Shown in pieces: positions 58,632 through 58,664 of a stretch of DNA of 58,664 bases. A program made the translations under genes and the position numbers. Below the pieces are notes generated by a model. It searched no databases and had not been told where the DNA came from. It saw nothing but the letters and a program-made list of their open reading frames with translations. The number at the start of each line of letters is the position of its first letter. The first letter of the stretch is position 1. The stretch comes from a virus. The DNA lies in IMG/VR virus record IMGVR_UViG_3300037470_000304, positions 1-58,664 of that record; one strand, 5' to 3'.

Positions 58632-58664
58632 TTCCTCAGCCTTTCACGCAGTTGCAGATGCTGG
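58538..58664. repeat. Terminal overlap copy 2 (identical to 1-127)
   Basis: Direct reading of both ends; 127 nt exact. Confidence 0.95.

Overview
The window is a complete, circularly closed temperate phage genome. Bases 1-127 are identical to 58538-58664, so the unit length is 58,537 bp. The host is probably an alphaproteobacterium of the Rhizobiales type, judging from high GC, a GcrA-like gene and an Omp25/Omp31/RopB-type porin (inference). A cI/Cro-type switch sits at 39.5-40.6 kb. Leftward (minus strand) run a Cro-like gene, an OmpR-type winged helix, a GcrA-like regulator, SSB, ThyX, a RepA/DnaB-like ATPase and an iteron-type origin candidate. They continue into a roughly 33 kb late operon: TerS, TerL, portal, scaffold, major capsid, decoration, tail and ejection proteins, two tail fibres, endolysin and spanin-like genes, wrapping through the contig junction. 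Rightward (plus strand) run the repressor, a RecT/Bet plus Gp157-like recombination module, RuvC, an HNH-like gene, a DUF2493/SLOG gene, Xis and Int. These are followed by an AT-rich attP-like region and a lysogenic-conversion-like block (secreted and membrane peptides, a LuxR regulator, an OMP, a cold-shock-like protein, an XRE regulator). No tape measure, tail tube or sheath is recognisable, so the virion looks podovirus-like (inference). No tRNA, rRNA, CRISPR array or reverse transcriptase was seen. The most interesting items are: a Maf/DUF115-like plus SAM-methyltransferase fusion inside the capsid module; several small-ORF plus DNA-binding-protein cassettes inserted in or against operons (anti-defence or TA-like candidates); a ParB-like domain grafted onto a tail-module protein; an iteron cluster; a recurring GTCCA-N4-TGGAC operator motif; and intrinsic terminators placed directly on downstream ribosome-binding sites. 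All family assignments come from motif recognition by eye and need HMM or structure searches.
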